Assembly: GCA_040002435.1 (NCBI GenBank) | Contig: JBDUEM010000002.1 | Location: 737-64,736, forward strand | Source of the DNA: Bryobacteraceae bacterium | GTDB lineage: Bacteria; Acidobacteriota; Terriglobia; Bryobacterales; Bryobacteraceae | Direction: 5' to 3' | DNA length: 64,000 nt | Shown: one piece after another, positions 17,959-26,465 of the stretch | Position numbering within the stretch: the stretch's first letter is position 1 | How the letters are laid out: every line of letters starts with the position of its first letter | Notes under the pieces: generated by a model | Seen by the model: only the letters and a program-made list of their open reading frames with translations | Told to the model about the DNA's origin: nothing | Databases searched by the model: none | Translations under genes and position numbers: made by a program

Positions 17959-18384
17959 ATGAAATACACCCGCCGAGACCTGAGTCTGTTATTGCCTGCG
18001 CTGGCAGCCGCGAGCGGAAACGCCGCTGAACTAGCCACATTGCCGTCTAAGGCCTTCGTGTTCGAAGATCTTCCGGTTAAGAAAAATGGCGAGAACCGCT
18101 CACGCGCCATGTTCAATGGGTTGACGCATAGCGGTTTTCCAGTAGAGATGCACCAGACGGAGCTGGCGCCGGGCGATGCTCCGCATCCTCCGCATCATCA
18201 TGTTCACGAGGAAATGATGATGGTCCGCGAAGGAACCATGGAAGTCACGATCTCCGGCAAGGTTTCGACGCTGGGACCGGGATCAGTGGCATATGTCTCG
18301 TCCAACGAGGAGCACGGGTGGCGAAACGTAGGCAAGACGCGAGCGCACTACTTTGTGGTTGCGTTAGGGCAAAACAGACCGTAA
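17959..18384 (+). CDS. Cupin-domain protein with Tat-like signal
   Basis: 141 aa beginning 'MKYTRRDLSLLLPALAAASGNA'. Cupin motifs are 'HHHVHEEMMMVREG' and 'SNEEHGWRN'. Confidence 0.7.
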   Translation: MKYTRRDLSLLLPALAAASGNAAELATLPSKAFVFEDLPVKKNGENRSRAMFNGLTHSGFPVEMHQTELAPGDAPHPPHHHVHEEMMMVREGTMEVTISGKVSTLGPGSVAYVSSNEEHGWRNVGKTRAHYFVVALGQNRP

Positions 18385-18428
18385 GAAACCGAATGCCGGT
18401 TTTGAACCTCTAACAAGTGAGGGATTCC

Positions 18429-18692
18429 ATGCGAACCGTGTTTGTAACGTTTGTGACGCTTGCGGCGCTCGGCATCAGTGGATGCAACAACACTGTCGAG
18501 CGGTCGGAGAGAGTACCTGTTAACGACACCGACACCGCTTCCCAGAAAGCCGGTAAAGTGGCGCACGACATCGTCAAGGAAACCGACGAAGCTGCCAGAA
18601 AAGCGGGACGCGAGATAAAGAAAGCGGCAGCAGGTATGAAAGAAGGGTGGAAGGAAGCCGAGCGCGAAGACCCCTTAAAGAAAAAGCATTAA
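18429..18692 (+). CDS. Small lipoprotein, Lys/Glu-rich
   Basis: The ORF is 18417..18692 with GTG at 18417. The ATG at 18429 gives 'MRTVFVTFVTLAALGISGC' with a lipobox. Confidence 0.5.
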   Translation: MRTVFVTFVTLAALGISGCNNTVERSERVPVNDTDTASQKAGKVAHDIVKETDEAARKAGREIKKAAAGMKEGWKEAEREDPLKKKH

Positions 18693-19480
18693 CGCTTTAC
18701 CTGCGCTGCAATCGCCTTGCGTGTTTGCTCTAAGGTGCCGCGTAGCGATTCAGCGGGAACACTTTGAACGATAGGTGCGAACAGACGACCACCTCCAAGG
18801 GGAACGTCTCGTGTCAGAGTGATCGCCTCACATTCGATGTAAACTCCGTGATCGCGTTCCTCAAAAAACCAATACACGTTCAGTCTCCAGAGGAGCCCCC
18901 TGTCGTTTCCCTCCGGTAGTTCATGTTCCTTCGGGGATCCGGGATCGGCGACCTCCGTAATTCTGGTGCTATAGGCCGTGCTGTAGGCGCGGCTGGCGTC
19001 CAGCGAAACGAAACGGATGTCCTGATCGGTGTTCAGCACGTCCGAAAGAAAGAACTTCGTTTTCACGATTCTCATGTATACGGCAAAGCTGTTTCCCTGA
19101 TGGGAACGGATCTTTGCATCGGCGACTTCCGGATAAATTTCCTTGTGCCGCTGGTAGTCCTGAGTGACTTTGAGGGCATCGGCCAGGGTGCCGCCGGGTA
19201 TGAAGGCGGCTCCAATAAAATCGTGGATCAGGCCGCCCTTCACGGTGACTGTGCCTTTGTCGATGGCGGGCTCCACCACAACAAGACCCTGGGCAATTTT
19301 TTGGTGACGCTGCGCGGCTTGATCGGACCAGAGGAATTTATCGCCGTGATGACGCGGCGCCAGGCGCGCTTCCACACTGGCGACGTGGCTGTTAAAAGCC
19401 TCGACCGTTTCCTTCTTTAGTTCCAGCCCCCAAACAGTAGACGGACCTGCCGACACAGCTATCGCGATCCCGAAAGTCAT
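18689..19480 (-). CDS. Hypothetical exported protein (no recognised family)
   Basis: 263-aa ORF with a hydrophobic N-terminus 'MTFGIAIAVSAGPSTVWG'. The coding-like composition is continuous. Confidence 0.5.
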   Translation of the reverse strand: MTFGIAIAVSAGPSTVWGLELKKETVEAFNSHVASVEARLAPRHHGDKFLWSDQAAQRHQKIAQGLVVVEPAIDKGTVTVKGGLIHDFIGAAFIPGGTLADALKVTQDYQRHKEIYPEVADAKIRSHQGNSFAVYMRIVKTKFFLSDVLNTDQDIRFVSLDASRAYSTAYSTRITEVADPGSPKEHELPEGNDRGLLWRLNVYWFFEERDHGVYIECEAITLTRDVPLGGGRLFAPIVQSVPAESLRGTLEQTRKAIAAQVKR

Positions 19481-19561
19481 CGCGAGGTGTCGGCCATAGG
19501 TATAGCATTTCCGCCTCAGTGTTTAAAGATCCTTGTAATAGCTTCTCATGGACCGCAAGCG

Positions 19562-21391
19562 CTACGGTACGCAGGGAACGTCCGCGGGCTTGGTAAACGC
19601 GGCTTCGCGAAGCTTTGCGCCATCGTCGAAGCGCATCTGCACTTCCAAAGGTCCGCGGTCGCACTCGAATTTCACCCGAACACTCGTCTTCCCGTCGCCG
19701 CCGATCGTTTCTCCAGCGCGACAGCTTCCATAGGAATTTCGTAGCGCTTCCATCTGTCGCGGCAGTTGCGGAATTGACAGCGCCTGCAGCCGCTTTGGTT
19801 GCGGGTTGCCAACTAAGGCGGCCAATTCATCGACGGCGGCCTTTGTTCTGGAATCGAGATTCACAGCGGGAGCGAACCGCAGGAACTGCAGTCGCGGCGG
19901 AATGGTGGGCGCAAGTGTGAAGGAAGCCTCCACGGTGCCACGGTCGCAGCCCATGCGAAACTTGCCGCGTAACAGGTTCTCTGGCTTGACATCGCCAATC
20001 TGGGCGCACTGACCTACCTCTGCCTTGATTTTGTCGATCTCCTGCCGCCGCCGCGCAGCCGATGTATCGGGAAAGAAATTGTCCGCCGCCAGGGCTTCGG
20101 CATCGCTGTCGTCCCACTTGTTCCACAAGCGTACGATGGAATCGCGCGTGGAGATGAGAACCGGGGACGGCGGAAGCTGGCGCGGTTGCAGCGCACCGGT
20201 TTTCCGCAACGCATCATAGGCGTCGCTCATTGGCGGCGCGGGTCCGGTGTAGGTCAGGTTAGCCATCGCGAACATGCCCACGCCATAGTCCGGCAGCCAC
20301 ATCATATAACTGCCGAAGCCGGGCAACCCGCCGCCGTGTCCAACGATGTGTTCGAAGCGGCAATCGGCTGAGATTCGCAGGCCATAGCCATAGCTGTTCA
20401 CAGTTGCCTGTAAAGGCGCGTCCGGAGTGGTACGGTTTGCAGTCAGGCTGTAGAAACGCGCCGGACGCTGCATTTCACGCTGCGAACTGCGCCGCACGGG
20501 ACCGCTCTGGGCATCATCGCGCGGGGGAAAGGCGGACAGCTGGTACGCCACATACTTTGCCAGATCCCTGGCTGTTGTTACCAACCCACCCATCGCGCCG
20601 AATGTTCCGTGAGCCAGTGACGGCTCTTCCAGATATTCGTCGCCGATCTTCTTATAGCCCATGGCCCGGGAAGGGGCCGGAAGCGATCCGGGCTCGAGCG
20701 ACGACGATCGCATTCCGATGGGCGCCAGGATCTGCTTTTCGAGGTACTCGCGATAGGGCATCCCGGAAGCCTTCGTGACAATCCGCCCCAACAGCGCGAA
20801 GCCATAGTTTGAGTATTCGTACGCCGTGTCCGGCGTGGTGGAAAACGGAAGCCCCGCCTGCAACCAGCGCGTCAGGCCTTCTTCACTGATGGCAAGCTGG
20901 CGGTCGCCCCACGGATTGTCCTCCGGGAAACCGGCTCCATGCGTCAACAATTCGCGGATCCTGATGGGCAACGTGTCCTGCGTAGGATACTTCCACGCCG
21001 CCAGTTCGGGAATCCATTTCGAAGCCGGGTCGTCGAGGGAAAGCTTTCCCGCGTCGCGCAGTTTCAAAATCGCCAGCACAGTGAAACTCTTGGTCATCGA
21101 TGCGATCCGGAACGCGGTATCGGGTGTCACGGGATCCTTCGTTTTCCGGTCGCGCATGCCGAAGGTCTTCACCAGTGCGAGTTCGCCGTCGATCACGACT
21201 CCGAACACCATTCCGGGAATGCCTTTCTGTTGCTGAAACTGATCGAAGATCTTTTCTATTTCCGGAAATGCGGTCGCGAGCTTAGACCGGCGGCCCGGAT
21301 CAGTGAAACGCGGGACGGGTAAATTGTCGGAGGCAAACACGGGCGAGAGGACTGCAAGAAGCGCTACGGCAGCCGAGAGTTTCATAGGCAA
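19562..21391 (-). CDS. Serine hydrolase of the beta-lactamase/transpeptidase fold with ~200-aa C-terminal extension
   Basis: 609 aa with signal 'LLAVLSPVFAS', an S-x-x-K motif 'ASMTKSF', 'YSNYGF' (Y-x-N) and 'GHGGG'. Confidence 0.8.
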   Translation of the reverse strand: MPMKLSAAVALLAVLSPVFASDNLPVPRFTDPGRRSKLATAFPEIEKIFDQFQQQKGIPGMVFGVVIDGELALVKTFGMRDRKTKDPVTPDTAFRIASMTKSFTVLAILKLRDAGKLSLDDPASKWIPELAAWKYPTQDTLPIRIRELLTHGAGFPEDNPWGDRQLAISEEGLTRWLQAGLPFSTTPDTAYEYSNYGFALLGRIVTKASGMPYREYLEKQILAPIGMRSSSLEPGSLPAPSRAMGYKKIGDEYLEEPSLAHGTFGAMGGLVTTARDLAKYVAYQLSAFPPRDDAQSGPVRRSSQREMQRPARFYSLTANRTTPDAPLQATVNSYGYGLRISADCRFEHIVGHGGGLPGFGSYMMWLPDYGVGMFAMANLTYTGPAPPMSDAYDALRKTGALQPRQLPPSPVLISTRDSIVRLWNKWDDSDAEALAADNFFPDTSAARRRQEIDKIKAEVGQCAQIGDVKPENLLRGKFRMGCDRGTVEASFTLAPTIPPRLQFLRFAPAVNLDSRTKAAVDELAALVGNPQPKRLQALSIPQLPRQMEALRNSYGSCRAGETIGGDGKTSVRVKFECDRGPLEVQMRFDDGAKLREAAFTKPADVPCVP

Positions 21392-21430
21392 TCCATTTAT
21401 TGAAGCATGGTATCGAAGTATGCCGGGATC

Positions 21431-21454
21431 GGCTGCATAATTGGCTGCATAATT
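21431..21454. repeat. Perfect tandem duplication of a 12-mer (GGCTGCATAATT x2)
   Basis: Copies at 21431..21442 and 21443..21454 were read directly. The repeat ends 2 nt before the ATG at 21457. Confidence 0.7.
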
Positions 21455-21456
21455 GA

Positions 21457-22131
21457 ATGATGCGCAGATTGACCCTTGCCGCAGTGGTGTGTTTGTCCTC
21501 TCTTGCTGCCGCTGAAGGTACCGCTGTCCGGCTGATTACTCTGGCCGAGCTCGCCAGGAGCTTGCCAAAAGAACCGGTCGTCGTAGTTTTCGATGTGGAC
21601 GATACGGCGCTTTTTACCAGCGCCGGATTTCAATGGGGATCGCGAACGTATGGACCCGATATCGTTTCCGCGGGAGTACCCATCCGCGAGGAGGATTTGA
21701 AAACGGCGGAGGAGAAGCGCAAGTATCGCGAGTTCTGGACAAAGATGAACAACGAACTCGACCAATATAGTGTCAGGAAATGGATCGCGGGCGAACTCAT
21801 CGCGATTCACAAATCGAGAGGAGACAAGATCTACTTCGTCACCAAGCGGATCTTCACGGGCAGTGAAAATCTGACCGAAACGCTGAAGAAGACCTTCGAT
21901 CTTCCTGAATTACCCCAGGTGATCTTCACCAACCGGCAATCGAAGACAGCAGCCTTCCGCAAGATCGCCGCCGTCCTCAGCTACGGAGATTCCGATGGCG
22001 ACATCCGCGAATCGATTCAGGCGGGCGCGCGGCCTATTCGGGTGCTGCGCGCGCGAACGTCAGTAAATCAGGACCCGACACACAATGGCGCGTTCGGTGA
22101 GGAAGTGCTGGTTAATTCGGAATTCGACTAG
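21457..22131 (+). CDS. Class B acid phosphatase-like (HAD superfamily, AphA-type), secreted
   Basis: 224 aa with signal 'LAAVVCLSSLAAAEG', DDDD-type motifs 'VVVFDVDDTALFTS' and 'YGDSDGDI'. Confidence 0.72.
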   Translation: MMRRLTLAAVVCLSSLAAAEGTAVRLITLAELARSLPKEPVVVVFDVDDTALFTSAGFQWGSRTYGPDIVSAGVPIREEDLKTAEEKRKYREFWTKMNNELDQYSVRKWIAGELIAIHKSRGDKIYFVTKRIFTGSENLTETLKKTFDLPELPQVIFTNRQSKTAAFRKIAAVLSYGDSDGDIRESIQAGARPIRVLRARTSVNQDPTHNGAFGEEVLVNSEFD

Positions 22132-23450
22132 CCTGGCAGTCCGGCCAGATAGCGTAGCGCCGTGATGCTGGGGAGGAAGAAGTAGGCCCCGGCCCTGGTC
22201 GTGATAAATGTCCCCATCCCGCGCACCACCGTCTGCGGCTTCGTGGGCCCGGGAATGCGAAAGCGGCCGCCTGGGGCGGGTTGATTGCCGAGAATGGGAT
22301 CTTTATCGGCGCCCAGCCCCGCGAAGTCGCCGTCGTTGACCCAATCCTTCATCAGAAACTCGAACTGATCGCGCAAATCGCCGCAAATGAACAGTCCCAG
22401 CAGGCCGCGTTCAATGCCGTCCTGCGGATTCTGAGGATCGTACGGCGCTCCGTAGGGCAGCCCGCGGCGCATAATGCGATGCGTCTCCCCTCCGCTTCCG
22501 GCCACCGCCGAACGGCGTGGGTTCGTTCGCCGGATATGAGAACCGAGCGGACACTTCCGGCCGGCCGGATCATCCGAGTGGTCGAAATGGTTCCATTGAT
22601 CGAACGGCACGGCCGCCTGCTGCGTGGCCTCGGAAGCCAGCGACAGCGGCACGCCACTGCGCCAGCGACCAACCAGTTTGGCCGCGATTAGTTCCCGGTC
22701 CAGTCCGGTTTGTTTGGCGGCATCGTCGAGAAAGTTCTCAAAGCCGAAACAGTCCTGTTGAAGAATACGGAATGCCGCGAAGCTGCCGTTCCTGCCGAGT
22801 GCATCGGGTGCCGGCATCGGATAGAAATGACCCGGATGGGCGCTCTCGTATCCGAGTACGAAGGCTCCCGGCGGTACGAGGTCCATCGGATCGGAAAATT
22901 CAGGCGTGTCCTGCTTCTGCGCGGGCACTCCGGCAACGCGGGGCTGGGAAATCCCATCCACGAAACCGAAGTGGGCGCGGTGGTCCGCCGGTGCGTAACC
23001 GTCGCGGCAGAAAACCTCGGTAGCCGCACCGGAGCACGCGCTCCGAATTTGAGCTGTGACGGTCTCCAGAATCTCGTGCGACTGCCCCGTCAAACTGAGC
23101 AGGATATGTACCTGCGTCGACCGGAAGGGATCAATCCAGTTTGCAGGATCGTTCACGCCCGTATCGCCTACCGCCGCTGCACGGCCAGCGGCGCCGAGCA
23201 GGAATTCCGGCGGAAAGGAATTGAGCGTCTCGTCCGGAATTCGCAGGGCCTTCAACCCGTCCGCGGTTAACCCGATATTGAGGCAATACTCGGGCTTCGC
23301 GTCCCAGCATTCGGCTGTGCGAACAGGGAGTGACGCCAGCAAAGTTTTCACGCGCGCCGCATCGTCAATTCGCAAGATGAGCGTGCGAAGAAACGGCATT
23401 TTATAGCTGCGCAATACCACGCCCTGAATATCGGCGAGATCGAGCGGCAT
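22128..23450 (-). CDS. DyP-type (dye-decolorizing) haem peroxidase
   Basis: 440 aa beginning 'LADIQGVVL'. It has a distal Asp motif 'FGFVDGISQP', a proximal His 'CPLGSHIRRTNPR' and a distal Arg 'IMRRGLPYG'. Confidence 0.85.
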   Translation of the reverse strand: MPLDLADIQGVVLRSYKMPFLRTLILRIDDAARVKTLLASLPVRTAECWDAKPEYCLNIGLTADGLKALRIPDETLNSFPPEFLLGAAGRAAAVGDTGVNDPANWIDPFRSTQVHILLSLTGQSHEILETVTAQIRSACSGAATEVFCRDGYAPADHRAHFGFVDGISQPRVAGVPAQKQDTPEFSDPMDLVPPGAFVLGYESAHPGHFYPMPAPDALGRNGSFAAFRILQQDCFGFENFLDDAAKQTGLDRELIAAKLVGRWRSGVPLSLASEATQQAAVPFDQWNHFDHSDDPAGRKCPLGSHIRRTNPRRSAVAGSGGETHRIMRRGLPYGAPYDPQNPQDGIERGLLGLFICGDLRDQFEFLMKDWVNDGDFAGLGADKDPILGNQPAPGGRFRIPGPTKPQTVVRGMGTFITTRAGAYFFLPSITALRYLAGLPG

Positions 23451-23453
23451 CAG

Positions 23454-23933
23454 CTATTCGGCGTCGGCTGCCTGGGCGAGAATCGTTTTCACGCCGAGGG
23501 TGGGATAGGCGCTATAGAAAGTGCCAAGGCATCGCAGATCATTTTTCCGCACGTAATCGAGAAAGGCGGCGCGGTTTTTCTGAACCGGGAGAGCCGGCGC
23601 ATCCGCCATGTGAGCCAGCAACGCATTGAAGATGTCCCCGATAGCGTCGATGAAGTCGTTGATGTAATCCTCGAAGCTATCGTCATAGCTGGTGATGACA
23701 GCCAGCTTCGTGTTGTTGTCCATGAAGACGAAGCGGGCGAAGTGAACTTTCGCCAGTTTGTCCAGTGCCACATCGATGGGATTCTTGTCCCTCGGCATCG
23801 ATAGGAATTTGTTGAGCATCGCGCTCAAAGCGGCAAAATCCGCCGGTGACTTAACCGTCATGATGAGGGTGAGCGGATTTTGCTTGATGGCCGGCGCCGC
23901 GGCCGGAGTCGACTTGGATTCGGATGGTGACAT
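23454..23933 (-). CDS. Uncharacterised 159-aa protein, translationally adjacent partner of the DyP gene
   Basis: Its stop is at 23454 and the DyP ATG is at 23450, a 3-nt gap. Conserved-looking blocks are 'LTLIMTVKSP', 'KVHFARFVF' and 'LAVITSYDDSFEDYINDFIDAIGDIFNALL'. I recognise no family. Confidence 0.6.
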   Translation of the reverse strand: MSPSESKSTPAAAPAIKQNPLTLIMTVKSPADFAALSAMLNKFLSMPRDKNPIDVALDKLAKVHFARFVFMDNNTKLAVITSYDDSFEDYINDFIDAIGDIFNALLAHMADAPALPVQKNRAAFLDYVRKNDLRCLGTFYSAYPTLGVKTILAQAADAE

Positions 23934-24092
23934 TTTGAAACTCCTCCAGATGACTACGCGGAAAATCGGACGATTTATTATGCCACGATGCCCGAACTGA
24001 AGCCAATTAGTGGTAAGTGCAGGTGATATACTTACGATGCCAGAGGTAACATCTCCGGCGGATCAACGTTACCAGCAAGTAGGAAGAGGTAG

Positions 24093-26465
24093 GTGCGAAT
24101 GCATTCTGCAGTGCGAAGCCTGATTTTTGCCTTGTCCGCGGCCGGGTTGCTGCTGGCGGCAAACCCTTCGACTGCGAAACCCAGAATTGCCGGGAAGACG
24201 CCTGCTGCCGCACCTGCCGTGTTCGCCGGTACCGCCGCGAATTTCGATAGCACTGTCAAGCCGATCCTGTCGCAGACCTGTATGCCCTGCCACAACGACC
24301 GCATGGCCTCGGGCGGATTGGATCTGGCTGGCTTTGCCAACATCGGCTCCATCGGCGAACAGCGAGAGGGCTGGGAGAAAATTCTTCAAAAGATCCGTTC
24401 CGGCGAAATGCCGCCGAAGGGGATCCCCAAGCCACCGGCATCCCAAGTGGACGCGATGTCGAAGTTCGTGCAGGCGGAGTTTGAGTGGGCCGACCGCAAT
24501 GTGAAGCCCGATCCGGGCCGCGTGACGGCGCACCGGCTGAACCGCAACGAATATTCCAATACCATCCGGGACGTACTGGCCGTGGACTTCCGCGCCGAGA
24601 AAGACTTCCCTTCCGACGATTCGGGCTACGGATTCGACAACATCGGCGATGTGCTCACCATCTCGCCCGTACTCATGGAAAAGTACCTCAACGCCGCCGA
24701 GCGGATTGCGGCGCGTGCGATAGGCGCCGATCCTTTACCAAAGCCGCTGGAGGCGCAGTACCACGCCAAGGACAAGACCATCCGCCGTCCGGACGTCAGC
24801 ACGATTGAAGCGACCCATCGCGTGGAGTGGGACGGTGAATATACCGTGCGCATCGGACTGCCTGGTGAGCGTTCTGCCGACGCTAAGCCGGTAACCATGA
24901 ATTTCTACATGGACGGGAAGCTGCTGCAGTCCCGGCAGGTGGAAACCAAGCCTTCGAAGCTGGTTTACTTCAATCCCTATTCAGACGAAGAGTTGCATCT
25001 GGCGCTGCCTGAAGGCGATCACGTGTTCCGCGCCGCTTTCGTAAATGACGATTTCGTCAAGGGACTCAGCGAAAAGGACGCCTACAGCTCCAAGAAGAAT
25101 AAATACCTGGATTCGATCACATTTGTCGGCCCGTTTGCCTCGAAGACGGAAAAGGCGAGCCGCAAGAAGATTCTGATTTGCGATCCGAATTCGGGCCCGT
25201 CTTGCGTGGAGAAGATCGTCGCGACAGTTGCCCGCCGGGCGTATCGCAGACCGGTGACCAAAGCCGAAGTAGCCTCACTTCTCAAATTTGTGGCGATGGC
25301 GATGGCGGAGAAGCAAACGACGGAACAGGGGATTCAACTGGCGCTGCAGGCCGTTCTGGTGTCACCTCATTTTCTGTTCCGGATCGAGCGCGATGCCGAC
25401 GCTAACGATCCGTCGAAGGTCCATAAGATTTCCGAAATCGAGCTGGCTTCGCGCCTCAGCTACTTCCTTTGGAGTTCGACGCCGGACGACGAACTGCTGG
25501 GCCTGGCCGAAGCTGGCAAACTGCGCGCACCGGGCGTCCTGGATGCGCAGGTGAAGCGAATGCTGGCGGACGAACGAGCCGCTGCGTTCGCCTCCAACTT
25601 CGCCGGCCAGTGGCTGGAGACGCGGAACCTGGACAGCGTGAAGCCCGACCCGCAGAAGTTCCCGGAGTGGGGCGCCGACTTGCGCGACGCGATGAAGGCG
25701 GAGACCCGCATGTTTTTCGAGTGGGTTCTGCGCGAGAATCGTCCTCTGTCTGACTTCCTTGACGCGAAATATACCTTTCTGAATGACCGCTTGGCGAAGC
25801 ACTATGGAATTGCCGGCGTGGCCGGTCCGGAGTTCCGGCGCGTGGAATTGACTACGGATCAGCGCGGCGGCATCCTGAGCCAGGCTGCGGTGCTGACGGT
25901 TTCCAGTTATCCAACCAGAACCTCGCCGGTCATCCGCGGCAAGTATGTGCTGCAGAATATTCTTGGCACTCCGCCTCCCCCGCCGCCGCCGGATGTTCCG
26001 GCACTGGATGAAAAGGCCGTAGGCAGCACCGGATCACTGCGGCAGCAGCTTGGCGTTCATCGCGCGAATGCAGTGTGCGCTTCCTGCCACAACAAGATGG
26101 ATGTGCTGGGGTTCGGCCTGGAGAACTATGATGCCATCGGCCGCTGGCGCACCATGGACGGCAAATTTCCGATCGACGCAAGCGGAACCTTTCCGAATGG
26201 GAAGTCCTTCACCACGCCGGCGCAGATGTCGGAACTGCTGAAGGGCGATCTGCCTGAATTCTCACGCTGCCTGACTGAGAAAATGTTGACCTATGCGCTG
26301 GGCCGCGGCGTGGAACGCTACGATCGAAAAACCCTGAATGATATTAACGCGAAACTGGTTGCCGACAACTACCGTTTCCAAACGCTTTTGAATGAAATTG
26401 TCCGGAGTCTTCCGTTCCAATCACGGCGCGGCGAGACTCCGAAGAAGGAGCTCGCACAGCGATGA
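24093..26465 (+). CDS. Planctomycete-type cytochrome c multi-DUF protein (DUF1587/DUF1592/DUF1595/DUF1588/DUF1585 architecture)
   Basis: 790 aa with a signal peptide and two CxxCH motifs ('CMPCHN', 'CASCHNKMD'). It has 'MPPKG' and a C-terminal block 'FGLENYDAIGRWR'. The start is GTG at 24093 or ATG at 24099. Confidence 0.8.
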   Translation: MRMHSAVRSLIFALSAAGLLLAANPSTAKPRIAGKTPAAAPAVFAGTAANFDSTVKPILSQTCMPCHNDRMASGGLDLAGFANIGSIGEQREGWEKILQKIRSGEMPPKGIPKPPASQVDAMSKFVQAEFEWADRNVKPDPGRVTAHRLNRNEYSNTIRDVLAVDFRAEKDFPSDDSGYGFDNIGDVLTISPVLMEKYLNAAERIAARAIGADPLPKPLEAQYHAKDKTIRRPDVSTIEATHRVEWDGEYTVRIGLPGERSADAKPVTMNFYMDGKLLQSRQVETKPSKLVYFNPYSDEELHLALPEGDHVFRAAFVNDDFVKGLSEKDAYSSKKNKYLDSITFVGPFASKTEKASRKKILICDPNSGPSCVEKIVATVARRAYRRPVTKAEVASLLKFVAMAMAEKQTTEQGIQLALQAVLVSPHFLFRIERDADANDPSKVHKISEIELASRLSYFLWSSTPDDELLGLAEAGKLRAPGVLDAQVKRMLADERAAAFASNFAGQWLETRNLDSVKPDPQKFPEWGADLRDAMKAETRMFFEWVLRENRPLSDFLDAKYTFLNDRLAKHYGIAGVAGPEFRRVELTTDQRGGILSQAAVLTVSSYPTRTSPVIRGKYVLQNILGTPPPPPPPDVPALDEKAVGSTGSLRQQLGVHRANAVCASCHNKMDVLGFGLENYDAIGRWRTMDGKFPIDASGTFPNGKSFTTPAQMSELLKGDLPEFSRCLTEKMLTYALGRGVERYDRKTLNDINAKLVADNYRFQTLLNEIVRSLPFQSRRGETPKKELAQR

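Noticed and set aside
22128-23933. DyP as encapsulin cargo
   Set aside because: There is no encapsulin (HK97-fold shell) gene adjacent, and the DyP C-terminus lacks a Gly/Ser/Leu-rich targeting-peptide look.
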